Below are positions 20,114-30,495 of a stretch of 54,356 nucleotides of DNA, in pieces. Position numbers and translations under genes: made by a program. This DNA comes from Candidatus Berkelbacteria bacterium (lineage in GTDB: Bacteria; Patescibacteriota; UBA1384; 2-12-FULL-50-11): positions 1 through 54,356 of the forward strand of contig JACRAP010000016.1 of assembly GCA_016213365.1 (NCBI GenBank). The letters run 5' to 3'. How positions within the stretch are numbered: position 1 is the stretch's first letter; the number at the start of each line of letters is the position of its first letter. Under the pieces are notes generated by a model. It was given only the letters and a program-made list of their open reading frames with translations. It did no database searches and had not been told where the DNA came from.

Positions 20114-20232
20114 TAGGTTAATAGTACTACTTTCCGAAGCAATAATTTGAGGATTCTTTGCTGTATTTTCTACTTTTTTAGTTATATTTTTTGTTAATTC
20201 CTACAAATTTCTGCCAACTAGTGCTTCTACTC

Positions 20233-20260
20233 TTGACAATTTCGGCGGTGTTGTTAAAAT
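20233..20260 (+). promoter_or_regulatory. sigma70-type promoter of greA
   Basis: TTGACA-N16-TAAAAT with TG extension; SD TAAGGAG before the ATG. Confidence 0.6.
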
Positions 20261-20352
20261 TTCTTTAGTCTTTTGTTTAATACCACAACAGCTATTAATT
20301 AACACCGATCAACAAAAGTCAACCAAACAAAAGTAACAATTTAAGGAGAACT

Positions 20353-20811
20353 ATGAAGAAACAAATTCTTATGACCGGCGAAGGTTTGGAAAAATTACAA
20401 GTTGAGCTAAAAGAGCTTACCGAAGTTAAGCGTCCTGAAATTGTCAATCGTATTAAGGTTGCAAAAGCGCTCGGGGATTTAAGCGAAAATGCAGAGTATA
20501 CATCCGCTAAAGAAGAGCAGTCTTTTGTTGAGGGTAGAATTCAAGAGCTAGAAGAGCTCTTAAAACACGCTAAAGTTGTTGAGGGTAATAATTCCGATTC
20601 TATCGGCATCGGTTCGTATATCGATTTCGAAGTTGATGGCGACAAAGATTCGTTCGAGCTAGTTGGTTCAACCGAATCCGATCCCGACAACGGCAAAATT
20701 TCCATCGACTCCCCAGTTGGACAAGCGCTACTTGGTCACAGGGTTGGCGACGTAGTTTCGGTTCAGACCCCAGACGGCGCAATTTCCTACAAAATTCTTG
20801 CCGTTAAGTAA
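20353..20811 (+). CDS. greA: transcription elongation factor GreA
   Basis: GDLSENAEY, EGRI.ELE and IS.DSPVG.ALLG motifs. Confidence 0.98.
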   Translation: MKKQILMTGEGLEKLQVELKELTEVKRPEIVNRIKVAKALGDLSENAEYTSAKEEQSFVEGRIQELEELLKHAKVVEGNNSDSIGIGSYIDFEVDGDKDSFELVGSTESDPDNGKISIDSPVGQALLGHRVGDVVSVQTPDGAISYKILAVK

Positions 20812-20851
20812 CCGCTGGCAATAACTGGTCTCAATCTGGTACACTACCAGC

Positions 20852-22048
20852 ATGATTGACGTCGAATTATTGCGTAAAAATCCGCAGGACTTTCAAGAAA
20901 GTTTAAAAAATCGCTTTATAAAAACCGATTATATCGAGCAGTTTCTAGGTGTGGATAAGAAGTGGCGAGAAATTATTACGCTCACTGATCAACTTCGCGC
21001 ACAAAAAAAAGATTTAAGTACCGATTTTAATACCGCCCAAACCAACCAAGAAAAAATTAAAAATATCAGCGCGCAAATCTCTACAAAAGAGAAAGAACTG
21101 GCGAATCTTGAAAAACAGCGCAAAGAATTTCTCTCAAGAATACCCAATTTATTAAGTAAGGACGTTCCGATCGGCGAAGGCGAAACTGCAAATACTGTAA
21201 TTAAAAAAATCGGTGAAGATCGGCAAGTTGAAGGAATCTCTCACGATCAACTTATGACCAAACTTGGTTGGTTAAACACCGAGGCGGCGGCGAACACTAC
21301 TGGAGCGAGGTTCCGTTACTTACTTTCCGAGGCGGCTTCAACACACTTAAAACTTGTCAGTAAAGCCCAGCAATTCGCGATCAATAAGGGATTTGTTCCT
21401 GTTATTACGCCAGTGATGGCAAAATCGAATTTGCTCGAAGCCGGCGGATTCTTCCCAGACGGCGAAGAAGACACCTTCAAAGTCGACGAGGATTTATATC
21501 TATCTGGGACATCGGAATATTTGCTAGTCGGGCTGTACGCAGGTAAAACCTTGAAGGCCGAGGACTTGCCAATTAGACTGGTTGGCTTTTCAACGTGTTT
21601 TCGTAAAGAAGCGGGTTCGTACGGCAAAGACACGAAAGGAATGTTTAGAGTTCACCAATTTGATAAGGTTGAGATGGTATCAATCTGTAAAAAAGAAGAC
21701 TCTGAAAAAGAGCATCAGTTCTTATTGTCGATGCAGGAAGAGTTTGTCAGCTCGCTCAATTTACCGTTTCAAGTAGTGTTGATCGGTAGCGGCGACACCG
21801 AAAAGAAAGCGATCAAACGTTACGACATCGAAACTTGGTTTCCCGGACAGAACAAACATCGCGAAACGCACTCGGTCAGTAACTGCACCGATTATCAATC
21901 AAGAAGTTTGGGTATAAAGGTTAAAAAGGTTGATGCAACTGAATTTGCCCACACCTTAAATGGAACGCTTTATACCGAACGAACTTTACTTGCATTAATT
22001 GAAAATAATCAAACGCCAGACGGAAAAGTAAACCTACCAAATGATTAA
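20852..22048 (+). CDS. serS: serine--tRNA ligase
   Basis: N-terminal coiled coil; GTSE, CFRKEAG, RVHQFDKVE, SNCTDYQ and HTLNGT motifs. Confidence 0.98.
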   Translation: MIDVELLRKNPQDFQESLKNRFIKTDYIEQFLGVDKKWREIITLTDQLRAQKKDLSTDFNTAQTNQEKIKNISAQISTKEKELANLEKQRKEFLSRIPNLLSKDVPIGEGETANTVIKKIGEDRQVEGISHDQLMTKLGWLNTEAAANTTGARFRYLLSEAASTHLKLVSKAQQFAINKGFVPVITPVMAKSNLLEAGGFFPDGEEDTFKVDEDLYLSGTSEYLLVGLYAGKTLKAEDLPIRLVGFSTCFRKEAGSYGKDTKGMFRVHQFDKVEMVSICKKEDSEKEHQFLLSMQEEFVSSLNLPFQVVLIGSGDTEKKAIKRYDIETWFPGQNKHRETHSVSNCTDYQSRSLGIKVKKVDATEFAHTLNGTLYTERTLLALIENNQTPDGKVNLPND

Positions 22049-24608
22049 AATTCTTTCAAAATTTTTTGGCGACTTAAACACTAAAGAAGTTAATAAATAT
22101 TCGGGTAAGGTTGAGCAAATTAACGCCGAGGAAGCTGGGCTTGAAAAACTCACCGATAAACAACTGACCGAAAAATCAAATAATTTAAAGCAAAAAGTTA
22201 GAGCCGAAGTTGAGCAGATTATTCAAAAAACGACTGATCGCGCTGCCGATCCGGAAGATTTGAAAAAACTTAGAAAAAAATTACTCAACGAATTATTGGA
22301 AAATTTTATTGTTGAGGCGTTTGCGCTGGTTCGCGAGGCGTCTAAACGCTCAATTGGACTAAGACATTTCGATGTACAGTTAATCGGAGGAATGGTTTTG
22401 CACGACGGTAAAATCGCCGAAATGCAAACCGGAGAAGGAAAGACTTTGGTTGCTAGCTTGCCGCTCTATTTAAACGCACTAACCGGGCTTGGCGTGCATT
22501 TAGTGACTGTTAACGATTACCTTGCTCGCAGAGATGCTGGCTGGATGGCGCCGATATTTCATTTACTCGGCTTAGAAGTGGGCGTAATCGGTCCGCAGTT
22601 TTCGCTACTTTACGATCCTAAATTTAGTTCAGACGAAGAAGACGAACGTTTAAAGAATCTTAAACCAGTTGATCGTAAACTCGCCTATCAAGCAGATATT
22701 ACTTACTGCACCAATAACGAACTCGGGTTTGATTACTTGCGCGACAATATGGCAAATTCAGTTGAGCAATTAGTTCAAAAAGAATTGCACTTTGCGATCG
22801 TCGACGAAGTCGACTCGATTTTAATCGACGAGGCGCGCACGCCGTTAATAATCTCGAGTTTTTCCAGCGAAGCCGCCGAAGCGTACGTGCGGTTTGCCAA
22901 AATTGTCCCGAAACTAAAAAACGAAGAAGATTTCAAAGTCGACGAAAAAGCCAGGTCGATCTCGCTTACCGATGCTGGTATCGCTAAATTAGAATCTCTA
23001 ATCGGTGTCGACAATTTGTACTCTACCCAAAATACAAATTTAGTTCACTACGTCGACACCGCACTTAAAGCATTCGTTTTATACAAAAAAAATAAAGACT
23101 ACGTCGTAAAAGACGGCGAGGTAGTAATTGTCGACGAATTTACTGGTAGAATGCTCGCTGGACGACGCTACTCCGAAGGGTTACACCAGGCATTAGAAGC
23201 TAAAGAAGGCGTTAACGTTCAGCAGGAATCGATTACGCTAGCAACAATTACTTTCCAAAACTATTTCCGACTTTATACAAAACTTTCCGGTATGACCGGT
23301 ACGGCCGTTACCGAGGCGGAAGAGTTTTCAAAAATTTATCATTTGGAAGTTGTAAGTATTCCAACCAACAGACAGTCTGCGCGTCGCGACTTACAAGACT
23401 TAATTTACAAAAACGAGGACGCAAAATTTAAGGCAATCGCCGAGAAGATCTCGGAACTTCAACAGCTTGGCCAGCCGGTTTTGGTGGGAACGGTATCGAT
23501 CGCAAAATCAGAAAAACTCTCAAAATTTTTAAAGGCAAAAAATATTAAACACTCGGTATTAAATGCTAAGCAACATCAAAAAGAGGGTTTGGTTGTAGCG
23601 CAGGCCGGTAAGATTGGTTCGGTGACGGTGGCAACGAATATGGCCGGTCGCGGCGTAGACATTGTACTTGGTGGTGCTCCACCTTCAACAAAAACTGATT
23701 TAAAAGACTGGGAGAAAGAACACCAGAAAGTATTGGAACTAGGCGGATTGTATGTAATTGGAACCGAGCGTCACGAATCGCGTCGAATCGACAATCAGTT
23801 GCGCGGTCGTTCTGGTCGTCAGGGCGATCCGGGCGTGAGTCAGTTCTACATTTCTACCGACGACGATCTAATGCGCATTTTCGGTGGAGACAGAATGAAA
23901 AACTTAATGGAACGGCTTAATGTTCCAGACGATGTGAGTATAAATAACCCACTTCTATCTCGCGCGATCGAACAAGCCCAAAGCCGAGTTGAGGGGCATA
24001 ACTTTGATATTCGAAAACAGTTAGTTGAATACGACGACGTAACCAATAAACAACGCTCAGCGATCTATCGAAGACGTCAACAAGTATTAAGTTCCCGTTC
24101 GTTGTCTGATTTTAAATTATTACTCTCAGAGATTGAGTCGTTATTTAACGATGAGCAACTCGCTGAATTTAAAAAACGAATTAAGGGCGTTCCAGAAGAA
24201 ATTGTTCACGACGTTTTGAAAGCGGTGAGTTTACGTTCGATCGATGTACTTTGGGTCGAGCATCTTAAAAATCTTGAGAATTTGCGCGAAAGTATTGGTT
24301 TAAGGGGTTACAGCCAAAAAGACCCGATTGTAGAGTACAAGCAAGAGGCGTACCGACTTTACAGCGAACTGGAGCAGACGATAAACGAGCAAATTATAGA
24401 CATGCTTCTTAGAGTTGAAATTAAGTTAGAGCACGATCAACCTCAAAAACAACCGGTTTCAACCAATAAAGATGAGAGTGTACAATTATCGGCACAAAAG
24501 ATCGGCCGAAACGATCCGTGTCCGTGCGGCGCCATCGATCCCAAAACCGGCAAGGTTTACAAGTATAAAAAGTGCGGGTTGATTAACGCACCGCATCATC
24601 AGTCTTAA
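22041..24608 (+). CDS. secA: preprotein translocase subunit SecA
   Basis: EMQTGEGKT, VDEVDSILIDEARTPLII, ATNMAGRG, QLRGRSGRQGDPG and a C-terminal GRNDPCPCG. Confidence 0.99.
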   Translation: MIKILSKFFGDLNTKEVNKYSGKVEQINAEEAGLEKLTDKQLTEKSNNLKQKVRAEVEQIIQKTTDRAADPEDLKKLRKKLLNELLENFIVEAFALVREASKRSIGLRHFDVQLIGGMVLHDGKIAEMQTGEGKTLVASLPLYLNALTGLGVHLVTVNDYLARRDAGWMAPIFHLLGLEVGVIGPQFSLLYDPKFSSDEEDERLKNLKPVDRKLAYQADITYCTNNELGFDYLRDNMANSVEQLVQKELHFAIVDEVDSILIDEARTPLIISSFSSEAAEAYVRFAKIVPKLKNEEDFKVDEKARSISLTDAGIAKLESLIGVDNLYSTQNTNLVHYVDTALKAFVLYKKNKDYVVKDGEVVIVDEFTGRMLAGRRYSEGLHQALEAKEGVNVQQESITLATITFQNYFRLYTKLSGMTGTAVTEAEEFSKIYHLEVVSIPTNRQSARRDLQDLIYKNEDAKFKAIAEKISELQQLGQPVLVGTVSIAKSEKLSKFLKAKNIKHSVLNAKQHQKEGLVVAQAGKIGSVTVATNMAGRGVDIVLGGAPPSTKTDLKDWEKEHQKVLELGGLYVIGTERHESRRIDNQLRGRSGRQGDPGVSQFYISTDDDLMRIFGGDRMKNLMERLNVPDDVSINNPLLSRAIEQAQSRVEGHNFDIRKQLVEYDDVTNKQRSAIYRRRQQVLSSRSLSDFKLLLSEIESLFNDEQLAEFKKRIKGVPEEIVHDVLKAVSLRSIDVLWVEHLKNLENLRESIGLRGYSQKDPIVEYKQEAYRLYSELEQTINEQIIDMLLRVEIKLEHDQPQKQPVSTNKDESVQLSAQKIGRNDPCPCGAIDPKTGKVYKYKKCGLINAPHHQS

Positions 24609-25360
24609 TGAATTTATGGAGGGGGGATCCGGAGCTAGTATTGCCGTACGAAGAGGGGCAGATAAATAAGTCCGTCGAACGAGCGATCGATAAAATTAGT
24701 TACACCCAAACTGAAATCGAAAAATCTGATCTAGCTATATTTATCGCCCAAGCCAAACTTCGTCATATCCCGTTTTCTAATGGCGTCGCCTCGCGCGACG
24801 CGCTTGAGTACTGCAAAATTGCGGCTAAATCGAGCGATTACATAAAAGACAGTATTTTAATCTCAGCACAAGTCTACATATTAACCGGTGAAAAATCTCT
24901 TGCTCGAAAAAAAATCGAAGAATTTGCGCCTTTTATTGAAACTAAAGAATTAGCAGCGCCGTTTATAAGTGTATTTGCCCAGTTTTCGATTTTTTCTGGT
25001 GATTTTCTATCAGCACAAAATTATCTATCCTCAGCCGAAGAACATTTTGTCAGGTTTAACGACGATACGTTATTACACCAAGAGATAATATTTTACCAAG
25101 CCGTAAACGCCTATCTTTCGGGCGAATTACATACAGCCGAGGAGCTAATCGAGTTAGTTGAGTCGTATTTTCGATCGGACTTTGGCGGTGTTAGTTATAA
25201 TTATTTATTAACCAGAGCTTTATTATTAAAATTATTACTTATTGATACAAATAAAAATAAACTTCAAAAAGAAATTACGGATTTACTCCGGCATCAAGAT
25301 AAAGAAGTGGCGATAGCGCTTGAGGCGTTTATCCAAGAGTTGATGGTACTTAAACAATAA
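24608..25360 (+). CDS. hypothetical alpha-helical (TPR-like) protein
   Basis: 250-aa ORF coupled to secA (TAATG); repeated amphipathic helices. Confidence 0.6.
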   Translation: MNLWRGDPELVLPYEEGQINKSVERAIDKISYTQTEIEKSDLAIFIAQAKLRHIPFSNGVASRDALEYCKIAAKSSDYIKDSILISAQVYILTGEKSLARKKIEEFAPFIETKELAAPFISVFAQFSIFSGDFLSAQNYLSSAEEHFVRFNDDTLLHQEIIFYQAVNAYLSGELHTAEELIELVESYFRSDFGGVSYNYLLTRALLLKLLLIDTNKNKLQKEITDLLRHQDKEVAIALEAFIQELMVLKQ

Positions 25361-25374
25361 TTTATTCTAATTTT

Positions 25375-26694
25375 ATGGGTTCACCAAAAAGAGTAATTAA
25401 GGAAGTGGTAATTGATGCCGAAGTAGTTATCGGTGAAATAAAAAATAATTCCGAAGTAAAAAAAGTTAAAAAATACTGGCGAATGCTTGGCCCGGGCCTT
25501 ACCACCGGCGCAGCCGACGACGACCCGTCCGGTGTTGCCACCTACTCGCAAGCCGGCGCCCAATACGGCTTTGGTTTGTTATGGCTTTCTATTTTTACTT
25601 TTCCGTTAATGGCCGTAGTACAGGAAATGTGCGCCCGAATCGGAATCGTTACGGGCAAGGGGCTTGCAACCAACATTAAGGAACATTTTCCAAAATGGTT
25701 TTTATTTGGTTCAACGATACTGTTATTTGCCGCAAATAGTTTTAATATCGGTGCCGATTTGGGGGCGATGGCAAAATCAACTCAACTAATATTTCCCACG
25801 CTGAATTTTGCGATCTTAATAATATTATTTACAGGTGTCTCGCTAATTCTTCAGATTTTTTTATCTTACGATCATTACGCTCGTATCTTGAAATGGCTGG
25901 CTTTGGTGTTGTTGTCGTATATCGTTGCAACTCTTATGATCCCGAACTTAAATTGGCAAGAAATATTGAGCGGTGCAGTTATCCCAAAATTTAGTTTTAA
26001 CGAACAATCGATTCTTTTAATCGCCGCCGTACTTGGAACAACAATCTCGCCGTATTTATTCTTCTGGCAAACGTCGCAAGAAGTTGAAGAGGCAAAAGTG
26101 AAAACACAAGTCGATAGAAATGCGCTAAAAAGAATGCGAATTGATGTTTGGTCTGGAATGCTTCTATCTAACGTTGTAATGTTTTTTATTATCGCCGCAT
26201 GCGGAGCGACGCTTTACGTAAACGGAATTACCAATATTAGCACGCTCGAACAGGCCGCGCTGGCGCTAAAACCGTTTGCCGGTAATGGTGCGATAACAAT
26301 TTTTACTATTGGAATAATTGGAACAGGACTATTAGCGATACCAGTTTTAGCTGGATCGGCCTCTTACGCAATCGCAGAGACCTTTGGTTGGAGGGAGGGC
26401 TTAAATAAGAGCTTAAAACAAGCTAGAGCTTTTTATGGAGTAATTATTATCTCGATGCTACTTGGATTATCGCTTAATTTTATCGGGCTAGATCCGGTAA
26501 AAACCTTAATATACAGCGCTCTTGCAAACGGAATAATCGCCCCGCCGATATTACTAGCGATACTACTATTATCAAGTAATAAAAAAATTATGGGCGAACA
26601 CGCAAGTAGTAACGGCTCTAAAATCGTAGGGGTACTTATTGTAATAATCATGACACTCGCTAGCGCCTATTCAGTTATCAAGATTTTTAGTTAG
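25375..26694 (+). CDS. NRAMP-family divalent metal transporter
   Basis: LGPGL.TGAADDDPSG, QEMCARIG and GTTISPYLFFWQ motifs; about 11 TM. Confidence 0.92.
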   Translation: MGSPKRVIKEVVIDAEVVIGEIKNNSEVKKVKKYWRMLGPGLTTGAADDDPSGVATYSQAGAQYGFGLLWLSIFTFPLMAVVQEMCARIGIVTGKGLATNIKEHFPKWFLFGSTILLFAANSFNIGADLGAMAKSTQLIFPTLNFAILIILFTGVSLILQIFLSYDHYARILKWLALVLLSYIVATLMIPNLNWQEILSGAVIPKFSFNEQSILLIAAVLGTTISPYLFFWQTSQEVEEAKVKTQVDRNALKRMRIDVWSGMLLSNVVMFFIIAACGATLYVNGITNISTLEQAALALKPFAGNGAITIFTIGIIGTGLLAIPVLAGSASYAIAETFGWREGLNKSLKQARAFYGVIIISMLLGLSLNFIGLDPVKTLIYSALANGIIAPPILLAILLLSSNKKIMGEHASSNGSKIVGVLIVIIMTLASAYSVIKIFS

Positions 26695-26740
26695 CGCTAT
26701 TTATTTACGCTCGTTCTACTGGTATGCTTAATGACAGTAA

Positions 26741-27490
26741 ATGAATGAAGTTCTTAAGATCGGAAGTAGCCCAAGCGTTAAACCACCAGTTGATCAGGTA
26801 AAAAAACCTCCGCTGATAGATTTTCAAAACGTATCAAAACAGTATCCCAGAAAAGTTGCCCTCAAAGACGTTGATCTGAAAATTTCAGAAGGGGAGTTTG
26901 TTTGTTTGGTTGGCCAAAGCGGCGCCGGCAAAACTACCATAATTAAACTCTTAACCAAACTAGAAAAGCCGTCACGCGGTAAAATTTATGTCGCTAACAG
27001 AAGTTTAAGCGATCTTCGAAGTGGCGAGGTGCCGCTCTACCGGCGAAAAATAGGTGTTGTTTTTCAGGATTTTAAATTACTTCCCCAAAAAACAGTATGG
27101 GAAAATATCGCTTTTGCGCTTGAAGTTTGCGCTTTTAGCGACAAAGAAATTAATCGTCGCACCGAGAAAGTGCTCGAATTAGTTAACTTAATTAAGCGTA
27201 AAGATAATTACCCAAACGAATTATCGGGCGGAGAGCGTCAACGCTGTGCGATCGCACGCGCTTTGGTGCATTCACCTAAAATATTAATCGCCGATGAGCC
27301 AACCGGTAACCTTGATCCGATCAACGCGTGGGAGATTATCGATTTGCTTTACAGAATCAATCAGCGCGGCACCACAGTGATATTAGCTACCCATAACAAG
27401 CAAATTGTCGACAGAATTCAAAAACGCGTTATTTTAATGAAGGCCGGTCAAATTGTCAGCGATCAAGCTGGGGGTAAATATGTCATCTAA
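26741..27490 (+). CDS. ftsE: cell division ATP-binding protein FtsE
   Basis: GQSGAGKT, RRKIGVVFQDFKLL, LSGGE and ADEPTGNLD motifs. Confidence 0.96.
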   Translation: MNEVLKIGSSPSVKPPVDQVKKPPLIDFQNVSKQYPRKVALKDVDLKISEGEFVCLVGQSGAGKTTIIKLLTKLEKPSRGKIYVANRSLSDLRSGEVPLYRRKIGVVFQDFKLLPQKTVWENIAFALEVCAFSDKEINRRTEKVLELVNLIKRKDNYPNELSGGERQRCAIARALVHSPKILIADEPTGNLDPINAWEIIDLLYRINQRGTTVILATHNKQIVDRIQKRVILMKAGQIVSDQAGGKYVI

Positions 27491-28427
27491 GTCTAAAACT
27501 TTCTGGAGAGTTGCGAAACTTGGTCATCAAAATTTCTGGCGCAATCGATGGTTAACGCTTGGGGCAACGCTGTTAATGACGTTAACCTTAACTATGATCA
27601 GCGTTTCGTTATTAATGACTTTTATTTTACGCGACACCGCCGAATCGATTCGTTCAAAAATTGATATCACGATATATTTTAGAAACGACGCCATCAAAGA
27701 CGAGCAAATCCAACAACTCGCCGAAAAAATAAAGCAAGTTAATGGTGTAATTGCGGTTGATTTTATTGATAAATCGGAAGCGTTGGCAATTTTTAAACGC
27801 TTACCGATTAACGATAATATTAAGTCCCCCATCGACGAGAAAAATAATCCCCTACCTAGAAGTGTGTTAGTAGACACGCAAAATCCAGACGACATTCAGG
27901 CGGTTGTAAATAACATCGATTCGATCGATTCCAACGATTACATCTGCTCCGAATGTGTTTCGTACGATCAAAATAAAGAGAAGGTTGATAAAGTAATCTC
28001 TGCAACTCAATTTGTTCAGCTAATTGGAATAGGTCTAAGTGTATTTTTTGGAGTAATTGCTATTTTTAATGTTTATAACATTATTAAAATCACAATTACT
28101 GCTAGAAGTGATGAGATCGAGATAATGCGCGTTGTCGGTGCGTCAAATATGTTTGTTCGGGGACCGTTTATTGTTGAAGGGATTTTATACGGCCTAATAG
28201 GCACAATCTTTACTACCTCGTTTTTGCTTTTAATGGCAAAACTAAGTTTTGGTGGGGGCAGTACAACGAATAGCTCGGGGTTTTCGATCTCAAATTTACT
28301 AGGAATTGATATTTACACCTATCTAGTTACCCATATTTGGCAGTTAGTGGCAGTACAGTTTTTAGCAGGTTCTGTTCTGGGGGTAGTAGTAAGTTTAATC
28401 TCGATTAGAAAGTTTCTTAAATCATAA
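27480..28427 (+). CDS. ftsX: cell division permease FtsX
   Basis: NPLP and EIEIMR.VGA...RGPFIVEG motifs, 4 TM; ATG at 27480 preferred over TTG at 27453. Confidence 0.95.
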   Translation: MSSKSKTFWRVAKLGHQNFWRNRWLTLGATLLMTLTLTMISVSLLMTFILRDTAESIRSKIDITIYFRNDAIKDEQIQQLAEKIKQVNGVIAVDFIDKSEALAIFKRLPINDNIKSPIDEKNNPLPRSVLVDTQNPDDIQAVVNNIDSIDSNDYICSECVSYDQNKEKVDKVISATQFVQLIGIGLSVFFGVIAIFNVYNIIKITITARSDEIEIMRVVGASNMFVRGPFIVEGILYGLIGTIFTTSFLLLMAKLSFGGGSTTNSSGFSISNLLGIDIYTYLVTHIWQLVAVQFLAGSVLGVVVSLISIRKFLKS

Positions 28428-28465
28428 TTGACACAAGTGCATTTGTTTGTAATATATAATTACTA

Positions 28466-29638
28466 ATGAAAGAGGGGCAAATAATTAACAACACAAAAAA
28501 AGTACTTGTATTACTCGGTGTAGTAGTATTTCTATTACCATCGTTCTCTGAGGCCGCAACATTGAGCGAACTTTTAAGACGACAACGCGAATTGCAACGA
28601 CAATCAGAATTAAATAAACAAAAACTAGATCAAACCCGTCGAGAGGCAAGAAGTTTAAGCGAAGCGATCGGCGACATCGAATCTGATATCAACTACACCC
28701 AAAACAGAATAAATAATACCGGAGAGCGAATTAGTGCGACAAATCAAATAATCGACGAACTCTCAAAAGATATAAAACTTAAGGAAGCCGATATTAGCGT
28801 TTTAACCAAGCAAAATAATAACGCTTACGTCTTACTTTACGAACTCTCGCAAACTAGTACGATCGAACAAGTCTTAACCGGTAACTCGATTAACGACGTA
28901 TTATCACAGGCGCAGTTTATCCAATCGATCCAAACAGACTTGCAAGCCGATATTTTAGAAGTAAATCGGCTTAAAGACGAGCTATCGAAGCAAAAATCGG
29001 AGGCAGAAAGTCAAAAGACAAACCTAAGCGAACTTAATTCTGATTTAAAACAAAGTCAAAGTTCGTTACTTGGACAGCGAACCCAGAAAACCTATCTTTT
29101 ATCGGTAACTAAAAATAACGAAGCGACGTATCAAAACCTAATTAATAAAATAAAACAAGAAGCCGATTTTATTTCAGAAGAGATTTATCAAAAGCGTCAA
29201 AGTTTAGGTGATAGTTTGCCGGGAGTGGATACGTATCCATATAAAAACTATAAACCCAATACACCCGATCCGTGGGGGTTCTTAATGAGACAGTGCACAT
29301 CTTACCCAGCTTACAGAGTGGATGGACTGTGGTACAGAAACCCGTTACCGCCAGGTGTACCAAGGGGTCACGCGATGTATTGGCCGGCGATGGCGCGTTA
29401 CCGTGGCGTACCGACCGGTAGCGTTCCAAGAAAGGGCGCATTCATCGTTTGGGGCGAGCCGGGCAAATACGTAAATTATAATTACATTAGTTCGCTGGGG
29501 CATGTTGCGTTTGTAGAGCGAGTCCACTCAAGAACCGATATCGAAGTATCCGACTACAACTGGAAAAAATACGCGTACTCCTACAGAAGAATTAATCCAA
29601 CCAAATTCGGTAGCCCTACATACATCTATATAAAGTAA
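28466..29638 (+). CDS. PcsB/CwlO-like coiled-coil plus CHAP peptidoglycan hydrolase
   Basis: Signal peptide, long coiled coil, DPWGF..RQCTSY (Cys) and GHVAFVE (His); follows ftsEX. Confidence 0.92.
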   Translation: MKEGQIINNTKKVLVLLGVVVFLLPSFSEAATLSELLRRQRELQRQSELNKQKLDQTRREARSLSEAIGDIESDINYTQNRINNTGERISATNQIIDELSKDIKLKEADISVLTKQNNNAYVLLYELSQTSTIEQVLTGNSINDVLSQAQFIQSIQTDLQADILEVNRLKDELSKQKSEAESQKTNLSELNSDLKQSQSSLLGQRTQKTYLLSVTKNNEATYQNLINKIKQEADFISEEIYQKRQSLGDSLPGVDTYPYKNYKPNTPDPWGFLMRQCTSYPAYRVDGLWYRNPLPPGVPRGHAMYWPAMARYRGVPTGSVPRKGAFIVWGEPGKYVNYNYISSLGHVAFVERVHSRTDIEVSDYNWKKYAYSYRRINPTKFGSPTYIYIK

Positions 29639-29700
29639 TAAACATTAAATAGTACCTAAAAGGTATTGATTAATTACCAAAATTTCCAGATATTGAACTT

Positions 29701-29892
29701 ATGGATAGTAATTTTTTCATCTATCTGGGTTACGGAATATTTCTATTAATTGTGCTTGTAATTAATTTGTTATATTTTTTCCAAGTATTTAAATACCGGC
29801 TTCCAGGCGATGCTTCGTTATCAGTTCTAACGCTTCATATAATTTTACTGTTATTAGTTTTATTTAGCGGAAGTTATTTTTTTAGAACATAA
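29701..29892 (+). CDS. small two-TM membrane protein
   Basis: 63-aa ORF with two hydrophobic helices; abuts the next gene. Confidence 0.7.
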   Translation: MDSNFFIYLGYGIFLLIVLVINLLYFFQVFKYRLPGDASLSVLTLHIILLLLVLFSGSYFFRT

Positions 29893-30495
29893 ATGTCGCA
29901 TTTAATCGATACAGAAATTAACAGTCACGACCCCGCCTTTTTATATTTGAATTTGCATACAAACGAAGAGATAAAACTTGTTGTTCGCCACCACTGGGCA
30001 GGGTTTTTGGGAACTTTGCTGTTGGTGGTTGGAATGGGTTTATTTCCGTTGTTTATTTTATTTGCAGTAAACCTTACTTTTAAAGATTCTATCGACCAAT
30101 ATATGCCGATAATTTCCGTTGCAATCACTGGTTTTTATTTATTTTTACTGACGTTTTTATTTGGCGCGTGGATTAACTATTACTACGATATTATTTTTAT
30201 TACTAACGAGCGAATCGTTAACGTAGCGCAAGAAGGGTTACTTAGTCGTAAAACTTCAGAGCTTAACTTAAGGCAAGTAGAAAATGTTACGGCGGAAGTA
30301 GAGGGTTTTCTACAAACCGCATTAAATTACGGAATATTGGTTATTGAAACGGCAGGCGAGGGAACTACCGGCAATATCGATAAACCTGGGATAAAGGGCT
30401 TTTTTACGGTGACTGACGTACCGGACCCAAACCGCCTTGCTCGGGTTATCTTGGAGTTTCACCGCAATGTTGTTTCCTCAACGGACAATAACTAG
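29893..30495 (+). CDS. membrane protein with bacterial PH domain
   Basis: E.I.LVVRHHW, 2 TM, ITNERIV..Q.GL and NYG.L.IETAG motifs. Confidence 0.85.
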   Translation: MSHLIDTEINSHDPAFLYLNLHTNEEIKLVVRHHWAGFLGTLLLVVGMGLFPLFILFAVNLTFKDSIDQYMPIISVAITGFYLFLLTFLFGAWINYYYDIIFITNERIVNVAQEGLLSRKTSELNLRQVENVTAEVEGFLQTALNYGILVIETAGEGTTGNIDKPGIKGFFTVTDVPDPNRLARVILEFHRNVVSSTDNN

